Assembly (NCBI GenBank): GCA_013239625.1
Contig: MU053561.1
Span: 250,826-314,825, forward strand
Reading direction: 5' to 3'
Length of the DNA: 64,000 bases
Source of the DNA: Lama guanicoe
Lineage: Eukaryota
Below are positions 37,501 to 50,947 of this stretch, one piece after another. The notes under the pieces were generated by a model. It worked only from the letters and a program-made list of their open reading frames with translations, was not told where the DNA came from and made no database searches. How positions within the stretch are numbered: position 1 is the first letter of the stretch; every line of letters begins with the position of its first letter. Position numbers and translations under genes: made by a program.

Positions 37501-40500
37501 TCCACTGAAGTCTTGAATCTCTCAAAGTCATCAAAGAAGGTTCACATCAATTTATTCCAAATTCCTGTTAATTTTCATATTTTGACCTCATACTATAGGT
37601 CACAAATATTCTTAATAGCATCTAGAATGGTGAATCCTACCAGGAGCTTTTCAATTTCCTTGCCCAGATCCATCAGAGGAATCTCTATCTATAACAGCTA
37701 TAACCTTACAAAATGATTTCTTAAATAAGAATTGAAAGTCAAAATTACTTCTTGATTCGTGGGCTGCAGAATGTATGCTGTGTCAATAGACACAAAAACA
37801 TTAATCTCATAGTACAACTCCATCTGAGCTCTTGGGTGACCAGGTACATTGTCAATGAGCAGTAATATTTTGAAAGCACTCTTTTTTTCCTGAGCAGTAG
37901 GTCTCAACAGTGGGCTTAAAATATTCCATAAGCCATGTTGTAAACAAATGTGCTCTTATCTAGGCTTTGATTTTCCATTTAGAATGCAGGCAGAGTAGAT
38001 TTAGCATAATTCTTAAGGGTCCTAGGATTTTTGGAATAGCAAATGAGCATTGGCTTCAACCTAAAGTTACTGGCTGCACTAGCCCCTAACAAGAGAGTCA
38101 GCCTGTTTTTTTTAAGCTTTGAAGCTGGCATTGACTTCTCTCTAGCTATGGAAGTCTTAGATGGCATCTTCTTCCAATGTAAGGTTGTTTCATCTACACT
38201 GAAAATCTGTTGCTTAGTGTAGCCACCCTCATTAATGCTCTTAGCTTGATCTTCTGGATAACTTGCAGCTCCATCATCAGCACCTGCTGCTTCATCTTGC
38301 ACTTTTATGTTAAGAAGAGACTTCTTTCCTTATACCTTGTAAACTAACCTCTGCTAGCTTCAAACTTTTCTTCTGCAGCTTCCTCACCTCTCTCAAACTT
38401 CATAGAACTGAATGGAGTTAGGGTCTTGTAATGGATTAGGCTTTGGCTTAAGGAAATGTTGTGGCTGATTTGATCGTATATTCAGGTCACTAAAACATTC
38501 TCCATATTAGCAATAAGGCTATTCTACTTTCTTATCATTTGTATGTTCACCATAGAAGTACTTTAAATTTCCTTCAAGAACTTTTCATTTTTCATTCTTT
38601 GCATTCATACCTTGGCTGACTGGCACAGGAGGCCCAGCTTTCAGCCTATCTCAGCTTTTGACATGCCTTCCTCACTAAACTTAATCATTTCTTGCTTTTG
38701 ATATAAAGTGAAAGATGTATGACTCTTCCTTTCACTTGAACACTTAGAGGCCATTGTAGGGTTATTAACTGGCCTAATTTCAATATTGTTGTGTCTCAGA
38801 GAACAAAGAAGCCTGAGGAGAGGGAGAGAGACAGGAGAATGGCTGGTTGGTGGTGCAATCAGAAACACACATTTATCTATTAAGTTTACTGCGTTACATG
38901 GGCACAGTTCATGGTGCTCTAAGACAATAAAAATATTAACATCAGTGATTACTGATCACAGATCATCATAACAAATATAATAATGAAAAATCTGAAATAT
39001 TGCAGAGATCACCAAAATGTGATGCAGAGACATGACGTGAGCAATAGCTGTTGGAAAATGGCACGATAGACTTGCTTGATGCAGGGTTGCCACAGACTTT
39101 CAATTTATAAAAATGCTATAAAGTGCAGTAAAGCAAAATACAATAAAATGAGCTATGCCTGTATACAAAAAATTTTTCTGTGTTTACTGCCTTTTTTTGG
39201 CCCATCCAGAGGTGATTGGATAAACAAGAATGGACACGAGCATTTGCAAGCCAGATTGTGACTATCAGTATGCTGGGCTGTTTTTGTTAAAAAGACTGTT
39301 GTGACTCCACAGAAAGCTAAATCTTGGAGATAAATTCTTGCTTACAGACACAGTAAAGAAAGAATGTGAGTACGTTAAAGTTTTATGGAGTTGGAGGACT
39401 GGGGTTTTTCAGAGGAATTGATTGAACATTAAAATTATCAGCTCTTCATCAAGTATCTTTAAGCATGCATTATTTTTTTTTTCCTTTCTGGCCATGTGGC
39501 CCAAGTTTTGTTTGTGTGAGTTGGCGTATATTTGTGTTTGACGTAACAAATTAAAAGAAGGGAGCAATTGAAAACAAAACTAAATAAAAATGGAACTTTG
39601 GGATTGTGTTTCATGTTTTCTTTTCCCCTTGACATTTAATAAAGATTTGTTAGTTTCCTCCTGTTACCTTCCTCTGTTCCAAGGTTGTTGCCCCAAGCAT
39701 ATTCTCTGGAAATGGGAACGATACTACGCATTTACCACCTCCAGATTTAGATACTTTGCTCACAGTGCTGGTTTCTGTGCTTATCTGGAATACTCTGCGT
39801 ATGAGCCTAAGGTTTTTGACCTTTTGAGCTTTTGGGTTTAGACAGTTGTCAGGGATGTATGAAGGAATTTTGAGTTGAATAGGGTTTATTTTTGGCAGAA
39901 GCTATAGAACCTCTGTGACCCAGATCATAAAGGAAAAATAACCCAAATGTTAGGAACTTAGCTTCTGCATACCTTGGCTCCAGAACAGGTGGTGGGAGTT
40001 TATGTAAGATTCAGACCTCTTATCATCCATTAGCACAATACATTGATAATGATGTTCCAGTGACTCGGTTCTTGGGAATAACCTTTATTGCTTCCAACCA
40101 AGAGTTTCTTAAAAAGGCTGTGGGGAAGAATGCCCGTGGGGAAATCTGAAACTGTTCTCTGGGTTTTCCCCATTTGGTTTTGGGAAGTCTCCATTATTTT
40201 ATATAATAACATATAATAATTTAGGTTTTTCTATTTTCATTTTAAACATAATTTTGTCTCTTACTCTTTCTTTTTAGAGGCTACCTCTAAATTAACAAAC
40301 AATAGAAATTGTCTACTCCATTTGAAAGGCATTCTGAACAATTTAAGCTAAAAGAACACTTTGTTTGGTTTGAGTGGGTAGCAAGAAGATTATATATATT
40401 TATAAAATTCTTTTCCAGCAAGGGTACTTAAAAGCAAGCATTTAAAATTAAGGGCTTTTTGAAAAATGAAGCTGTACTTAACAAAATGGTCTTTAAAAAA

Positions 40501-43486
40501 CTTAGAAAGGGAGTATTTACTAACAGCACAGGAAATTGGTGACAGGCAGAATTTGTCTCTGATAATAGAGCAGATATAGAGCATAGAACAGAACAGATAA
40601 TAGAAGATATAAGCTAACATAATGGAATAGCACATCAGATTGGCCTTTTTTTTTAACCACTAAGCAATGCACAAATATATAGTCCTTTGTGAAGAGAATA
40701 ATTTAATTTACAGATATAACTTCTTGCCCTCTGTTGGGTTTTATTTATACCGAGGTCCTGAAGCTTTTAGACATGCAAACCTTGTAACTATTTTGGTCAA
40801 TGTCCTTTCACAAAGGGTTAGATACTTTTAGTGAAAAAATACATTGGAACTACTTTGAACCATATTGGTGCTTATCATTTTATGGATGTGTGTAGGTGAA
40901 CCTACCCATGGGGAGAATGGTACTGTAGAATAAAAACGTATTATCTTAGCTTAGCATTCACTTGGAATTTTTATTACTATGTTTTCTGCATTTGCCGTTT
41001 AGATGTAAATTATTTCGCTTCAGTTCAAGCCATTTAAATCAATTCTTACTGTAATACACATGGTTTAAGATTCACGGGAGAGGGTGTACCTTCATTCATG
41101 CAAATTTTAGGACAGGAACTTCCAAAAATGTTTTAGTTTTGTGAAGATTAAAAGGTTTGGTTCCACTTTCTCAACTTTTCATTACTGTTAAAGGCCAGGA
41201 AATTTGCACCATTTTTTCTTTCTCATTTTTCTTTTCTACTCCTTACACAAAATTAAATCAGAATTATTAGGTGCAGTCACATTTGACTATCCCAACGCCT
41301 ATTAAAATTGGAGCCTTAGAACATTTTAAACACATAAACTGATTGTTGAATTTGTTTAATAGGTTTTGTCTTTGTTACAAATACTTATTAGTTCATTGAA
41401 TATCTTAAGAGTATTGTGTATACCCGGTACTGTTTGTTCTAGGTCTCAGTTATACAGAGATGAGCCAATCATGGTCACTGCCTTCAGGAAATTTGCACAG
41501 AGACAGAGGAGAGATTGGTGGGTCTGCACTTGTAATGCAGGAGGTATGGGGAGTACAGAGGAGGGAAATCTAAATCAGATTGGAAGATCTCTGAGGGCTG
41601 CTTAAGGTGATGCTTTATCTGTGATTTGAAACATAAGTAAGAATTAGCAAGATGGAGACGGAAAATAGAGAGGAGAATTATTTTCCAGGTGGATGAATGT
41701 ACATTTATGTAGAGATGATTATTAACAAATTGGTTACATCTGATTTATAAGTGTCTGTGCATTTTTTATATCTTGCATTTCATGTGGAAGAGTAAGTCCA
41801 CTTTCATTCCCCCAAACTGAGAAATTATAATTTGACTCATAAATAAATTAAAAATTTTCTGCAGTCTTTAAAAATACAGCAAAATAAAAAGTAAAAAAAC
41901 ACAGTGCATAGTATATGTCAATATAACACAGTAAGTGTTAATGAATTTTGTTTTTTGCAATAAATCTAATATTATAAATAGGGCATAATTGGAATTTTTA
42001 AATCAGAGATTGTTCTAGATTCATCAACTCACTGGGATGAATATTTTTATTAAAACAAAAATTCCATTAGTAATGTAAACAATATCCTTATGTTATTTAT
42101 AAATTCAGTTTTTTGTTGGTTTTATTTTCTTAAATCAAGGCCATTTTTAAAAAGTAGTAATATTTTGCTATGAACACTATAGCTCAAGGCTTAATCTCTG
42201 TGGGTCTGGTATCAGCATCTCTTAAGTAGGAAACACATTTTCTGTTATGTGTTTCCTTGGAAATCCTCGGAATGCTATCAGGAAAATATAATTATTATCT
42301 TCCATGTTGCATTTATGTGCCTTTTGATCAAGGCGAATTTCAAGGAGGAAGACAGATGTTTCTCCACTTTGTTTTTATTTAAATGTAGTACTTGGGATTT
42401 GAAGCTTCTGCACTTCTTCTGTTTGTTTGTTTTTTTTTTCATGGCTTGATCCCAAAACATGGAATAACAAAATTTGGTGAAAGCTTTGTTCTTGAAATTG
42501 CAGGGTGCTACAAGACTTATTGCAAATCCCCAATGTCTCCCTGTCTGCCCTCAGTTCTCCTATTTTTGGTAATAATGCAAGCAGTCATTTTTAGAAAACT
42601 TTGCTTTGTTCATTTTACTGAGCCTCTTCCAGACACCAAGTGCCTGAAGCAACAGCAGCCAGCTGCAGCCAGGTCCTAGGGGCGTAAACTCAGACTTCAT
42701 CTTTCTCAAGTGCTGCTGCTTGAAATTTGCATAAACGTTGAAAAGAAAATTAAAAGGGCCCTCTGTACCTCCTTTTCACATATTTTAGGAACCTCAGACA
42801 TTCAAGGCATTAAAGTGTCTTTTGAGTCATCAGTGGATATAAAAGCACAAACAGATAACATACCACAGACAGAGGGAGCAGGGTATGAAAAAATCATGTG
42901 AGATAGACAACAGAGGCTTATTTGAAGAGGCTACAAAGCAACAAGTAATGCCAGTTTAAACTGATTACATGTTAATGCAACAAGTGAAGCACATTTGAAG
43001 GCCAGATTATACCCGCTGGATTGCAGACTTAATTACTCATGTTAGAGATTCCTAAAATGAAGGGAGGCTTTTAACCCAGTTATATTTCTATTGTTTATAG
43101 TATTTATATACAAACAAGGCTGATAAACTTTGAATAAATACTAGAACCTTGTCTGGACTGAGTTACACTAAGAGCTAAACAACAAAGGTTCATGCTGATT
43201 TTCTTGAAGGTTCTTCCGGGAGTAATTCTGTGATTGATATTGAGAGGGTCCGCTAAAGGTATATAATAAAGGTAATTTTTCTTTTGTTCCTATATATCTT
43301 AGAGGCATCAGAGTAGGTCATACTCCTTCTGTCCCTACTCCTAACTTCCCTAGATTGTGTGGACCATAGGATAGGAATTGTTTTATTCTTATTTGATTTT
43401 CATGCAATACCTAGTAGAGAGAGGGCCATGCTCACAGTAGTTATTCAACAAATATTAAAAGCACTATATTAAAACTGAATGAAATA

Positions 43487-43621
43487 ATATTCAATATCTT
43501 GTAATAACCTTTAATGAAAAAGAATATGGAAACGAATATATGTATATATACGCAAGTGTAAGGGCTTAGACTGTACATCAGAAACTGACACATTGTAACT
43601 GATTATACTTCAATTAAAAAA
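43487..43621 (+). mobile_element. Short L1 3'-end fragment
   Basis: Aligns by eye with 13125-13266. Ends CTTCAATTAAAAAAA; possible TSD AATGAAA(T/C)A at 43478-43486 and 43622-43630. Confidence 0.85.
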
Positions 43622-44929
43622 AATGAAACATCTAAATGACATTTTTGCTCATGCATAGTGTTATTTCTGCCTTTAGTGAATCAGTTCTTATACCTGCAGT
43701 GCTATACCTTATTTTCTTTCTCAGCGGTGACACTGGATTCTTTTTTTTTAGTATAGTAGTTCAGTATATCTTTTATTAAGCGTTTATTGATGGCAACTGG
43801 GAAGAATTTATTGCATTTATTGATATTACATCCTAGATTGCCTAGGGCTCTTCTATTTTTCCAGATTTTTCAGTTTGTTGAAACTAAAACCAAGTTCATC
43901 TACAAGAATCATTTATCATGCAATAACTTACCAAGAATTTAAGTACCTACTATGCGAGCAAGCCTTTTTTGGGCTCTTATTATGTGTCAGGCATTGTTCT
44001 CGGCTCTTTCAATGTATTAATTCAGTTAATTCTTACCAGGGCTCTGAGAGATTATTTCATACATGAAGAAACGAAAGCACAAAGAGGATACAGAGATAAA
44101 TAGTAAATGTTGGAGCTAGAATTGCAACCGAGATCCTGATTTCAGCATCTATGCTTTCAGTCACTGAACTATATTGCCTCAAATATGCAGAAAAGAAGAA
44201 ATGTTTTCTATCCTCTAGGAACTTAAAAGTACAAAAGCCGAGAAAGTCAGAAGACAGTATAGAATTAAATGCTAATGTGTGTTATGAGTATTACAAGAGT
44301 AGGGGGTTGGCCTGTGAGGACAGAACTGTCCAGGGGAAGGTTTGTGGGCCAGGCAGGAGGTGAGCTGGGCCTTGGAGGAAGGAGTGGAGTTCAGATAGTA
44401 AAGGGGAAGTAGCAACCAGAGGAAGCTGAGATACTAGTGGAGGCAAGCAACTGAGTTCATGGTGAGCTGTTCAAGCCAGAGACTGCTTTCTAAGTGGTGG
44501 GAGGTAACGCTGGGCACATAATATAGCCTTGGGATCTTGAACGCATGATGTAGACTGTGATCGTGAAGGCAAGTGTAAGGGCTTAGACTGAAAGAAGTAA
44601 GAAATGACTTGTCCCTAGAAGAAAAAGTGCCAAGCTTGGCACTGTATCTACCGAAAGAACTACATCGACCTCTCAGCTGATTCTTCTGAAGTCAAACTGA
44701 GAATAAGTTCTGAGAACTGAGTAAGAACTGAAAGCCATTGTAGATTAGCAAGTGGTGGAGTGACACGTTGCAAGGGGTGCTTCTGGGAGGTTAGATGCTA
44801 TTAGAATAAAATCCTTACTATTTTAGGGGAGCTGAGAAAATGGATGGCTTCAGCCTAGTCTTAAAAGGGGTGACATATAAGAAAGGAAAAAAGCCTTCAC
44901 TCACTGGAACGTTCAAGAGTCTTGACTTT

Positions 44930-45450
44930 TTTTTCAAACACAAGTCTGATTGTGGCGTTTTCCTTGCTCAGAGCAGCCCAGTAGTTTGCCCTCATCCTTA
45001 GAGGAGCAGCTGTAGTCTAACCCCTGCCTGCCTTCCTTGCCTGTCTCCTATTACCTCCTCCTTGTCTGATAATCTCTAGCCATACAATCCTGGAATGCCA
45101 GTCTCAGTCCATCTCCAGGCCTTAACACTTGCTGTTTCCTCTGCCTGGGACACTCTTTCCTCGTGTCATCATGATTCTTGTTCATTTAAATCTTAGCTCA
45201 AAGGAAACTGCCCCAGAGGGGCCTTTCTTAGTCACCCTATCTAAAGTAGGTCCCTATACCTCTGGCCTTCCTGATTACGGTGTATCCTGTAACTGAGTTC
45301 TGTTTTCAACCATTGTCTTAGACAGTTTTATTTATTTATTCATTTATTATCTGTTTTTCCCCAATAGAAATAAAGTTCATGAGGACAGAGACTTTATTCT
45401 GTTACCCATGGTATCCCTGACACCAGGGCCTGCATCTCACATAGCAGATG
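44930..45450. mobile_element. L2 3' region relic
   Basis: CACTTGCTGTTTCCTCTGCCTGGGACACTCTTTCC...TAGAAATAAAGTTCATGAGGACAGAGAC is typical of the L2 3' end. Confidence 0.7.
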
Positions 45451-46202
45451 CTCTGTATGTTTCTGGATATTGGAAGAATAGTCCCCAAACACACAGTACA
45501 GAAAATGTGTGAAAACTGGACACTGGCTTCTAGATTTTGTGCCACATTGCCAAGTGATGGAGTGATAAAATTGGAATCCACTGCTTCTCTGTTTTTGCCC
45601 CCTTTTGGGGGAGGGGATGCACACAGACAGATATACACACATAGTAAATGAGATTGATTTTTGTCAGCCAGTATTTATTGAGTGACCTCTGTTTGTAGCT
45701 TGAGATGAAATTTGGGGAAAAAGTCGCTCCTTTTGTGAATGACTAGTTTCTCTGAGTCTATGAAAACATCAGTGTAAGCGTCTGTTCTCTAACCGTGGTA
45801 TGATTGCACATTCATTTTTTAATGTACAAATATAAAGCTACTTTTATTTTATTGTTTCTTTATTTTATTGATAGTTTATTTTTAAATTTTATTATTATTT
45901 TATTGTTAAATTTAATTTTATTGTTAAATGTAAGGGTTTTACATTGAGGGGAAAAAAGTAAATTGAGTTTTGAAATGAGGTCTTTCCCAGTCTCACTGTC
46001 TGGGTTTTGAGTTATCAAAGTTTTACCCTCTCTTTTTATGATAAGTAATTACAGTATTCATTTAGAAGTAACTCCTGAGCAAAGTCATGAGTCTCAAATT
46101 TTACTTTTATTCAGGCAGTGTATTGTTGTCTAGATCATCCAAGACCTCTACTGGATTGTCTAGTCTTAGCAGATTCCTTAAGTAGACCCTCATGCCTTCA
46201 TA

Positions 46203-46396
46203 CAGCTGTCCTCTAAGTGTGGCTCCTCAGATTAGCAGCGGCAGCGTCACCTGGGAACTTGATAGGAATGCAAATTCCCAGACCCCCTTTAGAACGACCT
46301 AAGCAGAAACTGGTGGGGAGGAGTGAAGTCTGGCAATCTGTGTTTCAGCAAGCCCTCTAGATGATTCTGATGCACACTAAAGTCTGAGAACTGTGG
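46203..46396. mobile_element. MER5A-like hAT MITE
   Basis: AAGTGTGGCTCC..AGCAGCGGCAGCGTCACCTGGGAACTTGATAGGAATGCAAATTC...CAAGCCCTCTAGATGATTCTGATGCACACTAAAGTCTGAGAAC. Confidence 0.8.
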
Positions 46397-49049
46397 CTTA
46401 GTCAATGTTAAAGGTTCAAGGTAGTATGATCCTACAGACCAGCCAAATGGCATTAATTATTAACCCTGTAAGCCCACCTCCTTTTTGGTCACTGAATTTG
46501 ATTGGTTCACTGAGGCTAGGCTGTAAAGTTATTTTCTAGATTGATTGCCACATATTGACTTTGGGTTGTTTGTATTTCTCTGAGCCTGTCACTGTAATGA
46601 TTTGCCAGGACACTTAATTGGAACAGACTGTGATTTTTTTTTTTGCACACCCAGTGGCTTTCTGAGTCATGGGTGGCTGGCTCCTTACGTCCTTCTGGAT
46701 AGCTTTCTCCAGGTACCAGGCATGCCATTTGTATACTTTTTATGAGGGAGGTGTCACTGGTGGATTACAGGGAAGCCTTCAGGAGCATTTAGTTCACTCC
46801 AGTTTGATTTGCAGGTTGGGAAACTGAGCCCCCATGAGGTTGTGCTTTTCTTTCAGTAGCACAGCTAGTTTGTGGTAGCCGCAAGGTTTCGGGTCTCCCT
46901 CCACTGCACCAGGATTCCTGCAGGGGGAGGACAGAGCTGCAGCTTGCTCTGTGCCTGCGGGACATTCCTTTCCTACTGCGAGGTTTTCTCTCTTTCTTTC
47001 TTTTTTTATATTTAGAGCAAAAAGCAAATAGAAAAAAAGTTAGGAGGTCCTCACTGAAACTAATAAAAGTGTCTAAAGAGAATAAAAAAATCAGTTTGAG
47101 AACTTTGGTATGGAGGAAATAACCTGACATTAACTGTTTTAATTATAGTTGTTGCATTGGGCTTATCAGTGTGGGAAGAGGGAGCATTTGAGCCCTACAG
47201 GGAAGTGGGATATGGACAAGATGACCCTCTTCCTGAATATGCATGTTCGGGCTGCAGCCTAGTGACTGCTTGTGTGATTCCAACAGCTGTCATGGAGACG
47301 GGGCTGGACTCAGTAAGAGACCTGGGTCCCAGGCCCAGCGCTGCCACAGCTAGTGGTGGGATGCCCCATGAGGAGGTCGCTTAACCTCCTTGGCCTTCAC
47401 TTTCTGATACGTAGGTATAATAATGCCTATTCGGCCCATCTTGAAGAGAGAAATATCAGGTGGTGGGAAGCAGTGTATCAAGAGCACAGACTCTCTCGTG
47501 GGATCCAGCCTCCCTAGGTTTAACTCATTGGTATGACAGTCAGGCAGGTCACTTATCCTTTCTGTGGAATGGATTCTTCATAAGGGTTGTTGGGAAGATG
47601 GAATTAGTCTATGTAAAGTGCTTAGAACAATACCTGGTATTTAGTAAGGGCTACGTGTTAGCTGCTATTGTTACTATTTTTTTTTTAATTATTATCTTAA
47701 GAGATGAGATTTCTGTAAACATGTTCTCAGAGGATTTCATCACTTGATAACAGGACTGCAAGTAGAAGGTTCTTATGCACTAATTGTTAACGAAGGAGTT
47801 GTTCTAATATCCAGCTTGGGCCTGGGCCCTGCTGTGAAAGGAAGCTGGCATTGACGCCCTGGAAAGGCAGACCTAGAGCCTCTGATAATGCAGATTATTC
47901 ACAAACTGGTATGGCTAGAGAAAACTCAGAGGTGGAGACTTCTTGACTTTGCTTTCAGGTATTAATACATGAACCATCCTAGGGAGATGAACATCGTAGT
48001 AATCTTCCAGAGAAAGTTTATGGATTTCAATTTTAATTTCTATTGTTTGACAAGGTTTCTTTCTATCTTGCCTTTCCAGTTGTTATTAGGATTCTTGATA
48101 AACCTGTTTGGTGATGAAAATTCCAACTCTAAAAGCTGAACAATATCAAGGTATTATAATTTTTCAGCAAATAAGTGGTGGACTTTGGGTAGCCTTCCTC
48201 CTCTTCTGGCTGAAATCAATGAAAGTTTCTACCACTGCTACTTATTTATGAGTAGTCTGTTTTGGGGATGGATTAGGATGGTGAAGTACCTTTTTGTTAA
48301 AAAAGACTGGGTTTCAAGAATTTGAGAATCATTGTTTTATTTATATGTGTGAAATTAACTTTTTATTTTCTTTACTTTGATCTCCCCTCCTCTACAATCT
48401 CTATTCATGGTCTACTCCCCATCTTTGTGTGAGCCCCTTGAAGTTGGAGATTATGTTTTATTCATTTCTCTTCATATTCCATTTCCCCCTTTTCTTTTGG
48501 ATCCAAATACAGTGCCTGGTACATACTAGGCTCTCAACTACAGTTTGTTGAATGAATATTGTTGGAGTTTCTGATTATTTCTTGAAGTGTCCTGTTCTGA
48601 AACTTCATCTGAAGGTGTAAGTAATTTTATGGTGAACTAGTATCTACGCAGATCTTCCTAAATATTCATCGATGAATCCTTCCATTGCTCAATTGAAGCA
48701 TTTAGATTCCAAGATGCTCATGGGGATGCTGTAACTTTAATTTTTTTAATATCATTGGAAAATAGGGATGGAACAGCTGGGGAGATAGAGGCACAGAGAA
48801 TTAAGAGAATCATTCAAGACCACAGAACAGTTCTTGTGGGAAGACAATCTTGGGACAAGCTTCTGTACTTCTAGGACCCCAGAAGCCAGAAGACAAAAAA
48901 AATAAATAACCCAATTAAAACTCTAAAGGAAAGCCTAAATCAAGTTGGATATGGAAATCAGTGTTGACCTGGATTGAATAACATTTCTCTGATGTCTGAG
49001 GGTTGTGATGAGTGATTTATTTCTAATGTGCATTTGTTTTTATTTTTAG

Positions 49050-49131
49050 CATTGCAGTGTCGGGACGGCTATGAGCCTTGTGTAAATGAAGGAATATGTG
49101 TCACCTACCACAATGGCACCGGATACTGCAA
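49050..49131 (+). CDS. NOTCH2: NOTCH2 exon 2 (82 nt; (A)[26 protein letters not shown](K), start of EGF-like repeat 1)
   Basis: Acceptor TTTGTTTTTATTTTTAG|C with a CTAAT branch-point motif at 49023-49027; donor AA|GTAAGC. The phase matches exon 1 (G+CA=Ala). The peptide is near-identical to human NOTCH2 residues 25-52 and includes the NGT sequon. Confidence 0.97.
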
Positions 49132-50947
49132 GTAAGCTTTTCTCTCTCTCTCTTTTTTTCTTCTTTATATATTTTATTTTTCCTCAAGAAAACCCTGGAC
49201 AAGATCTGTTTCTACTATTCTATTTTTAATATTTCTATGAAACGTGACTGGTTATCGAACTTTTCAGATGTAGTTTTTGTGGGGGATAAGGATGGAAGGG
49301 TGTGGATGTGAGATAAATGGTTAATAAGAACTTGTCATTATCTTTTTCATCATGAAAGAGACTTTCAGTGAGTAGCTTATTACATATATTGTACATTCTT
49401 TTACATTTTTCAGTTTAAGGCAGAACCTTAAAATCATTTCTCAACAGGTTAGCTGTGATCTCATTTTTAAGTCAGACCAAATAGATGTTGACTTTAATTC
49501 TGCCAACTGTAAGTAAATATTACAGGCATGTGGAAACATTTTTTTTTCTAGTAAAAATTCCAATTATGGAAGAGAGAATATGAGAGGAGATGTACACATG
49601 CCTGTAGGGATGATGTAGGGAACAGGGGCTGTGGGTGTCATTATATGGGTTTAAAAGAATGAGGATGAGGAGTAGGACTAGGGAGTGTAGGCAGGTTCTC
49701 AAGAGCATTTCTTTCCAATCATCTATCTAGTCCAGCCATCCTTTTTGTTTGTATGAGGAAGTCTGTGAGGTGATCTCATAAACAGCTTCTCTAGGTTTCC
49801 TAGGGACAATTTTATTTTCCCTTCTACCTCAATTGAAATTTTTTGATAGGAACGTGTATCCATTTCTATTTCTGTCATGGAAAATAAGATTTGATAACAT
49901 GAAACTTACCTTCTTTAACACTTTTATGGGGTGTATTTGTTCTTTGCTTTGGTAGAGGTATTTGCTTGATAAGCATGTTAAATGATTTTATCCAGCATGT
50001 TTTTGTTTCTTTTCTGGATATTTAATTGAATACCATAAATATAATGATGACATTTTTTTCCAATCAAGTCTATTCTGACACCAGAATCTAAGTTCTTTAA
50101 CATTGTAAAGAAGGATTTTTCCAAGTCAGAAAAAGTTTTCTTCACCAAAGTGAAAATATTTTAAGCTGTGATGACAGTAAAGCTTAACAATAGGTTGTTT
50201 GGACTGGAATAAAGATAACACTGGAAATGAAATTTTTTATGTAACTGGTTGTGGGCTGCTCACTTAGTTTTTCTAGCTGGGATAAAATCCAACCAAAAAC
50301 ATGTGATGTAGTCTCCTCTAAGAATGGAAACACAACTGGAGATAATAACGAAAGGAACTTAATACCTTAGAATTGGCCACTAAAATCTTGTTTAGTCTCT
50401 TTTTGGCATCTGGTGTCCTAGTTACTTGCTTTGTTCTGTTATTTAGCCCTCTTGTAGTAGTTAACCCATTATACTATGATCATTTGTTGATGTGCTTGTT
50501 TCTCCCATGAGAGTGTGAGGTCCTGATCTTATTATGCGTTTTTGTTAAGTGAATGCCTAGTGTAGTGCCTGGTATGTCGCTACCGCTCAACAATGTGTTT
50601 CTTGAACCAAAGGGTGCTCAACAGATATCATCATTCACGTTTTAAAATCTATTTGTCTTAAATAAGTAGAAACTGGTCCTCTCCTCTGAAAATTTTATTT
50701 GCTTCATGTAGCATTAAGGATGGAAGTACCACACAGAGAGGCAATTTCAGAGGGAGAATTTCAAATACGTGCTAAGTGTTGGTCTACATGTTTGTGGTCT
50801 GACGTGGGGAGAAAGGATTTTAGAGAAAACAATCAGTGAGCACTTAACAGGAAAGAACACTAAGAGTCACTTTTGGGAGAAAAGAGATTTGTGAGCTGCT
50901 AGTCTCAAACTCTCTATCCACAGTGAGAGAGACGAAGTGGCCCCTAG

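Larger units (their letters stand above)
31487..39161 (-). mobile_element. Near full-length Tigger1 (TcMar-Tigger) DNA transposon, in two parts (31487-32216 and 37515-39161)
   Basis: TIRs CAGGTATACCT / AGCTATGCCTG with flanking TA (31485-86, 39162-63). Minus-strand transposase remnants: MASKCSSERKSHTS.., [17 protein letters not shown].., [14 protein letters not shown].., [12 protein letters not shown]... Rejoined length ~2.38 kb; the ORF is broken by stops and frameshifts. Confidence 0.95.
3119..49049 (+). other. NOTCH2: NOTCH2 intron 1 (45,931 nt, GT-AG)
   Basis: Bounded by GTGAGT at 3119 and TTTTAG ending at 49049; joining the two exons restores the reading frame. Confidence 0.93.

Noticed and set aside
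37698..38868. Possible domesticated transposase gene (TIGD1-like)
   Set aside because: Fragmented by stops and frameshifts and interrupted by an L1; a fossil Tigger1.
2997..49131. Possibility that this is a NOTCH2NL paralog
   Set aside because: The signal-peptide frame is intact, there are no Alu elements, and the SINEs are non-primate; NOTCH2NL genes are known from great apes. A lineage-specific partial duplicate cannot be excluded from this window alone.
49096..49311. 71-aa ORF overlapping exon 2
   Set aside because: Out of frame with NOTCH2 and runs through the splice donor into low-complexity intron sequence.
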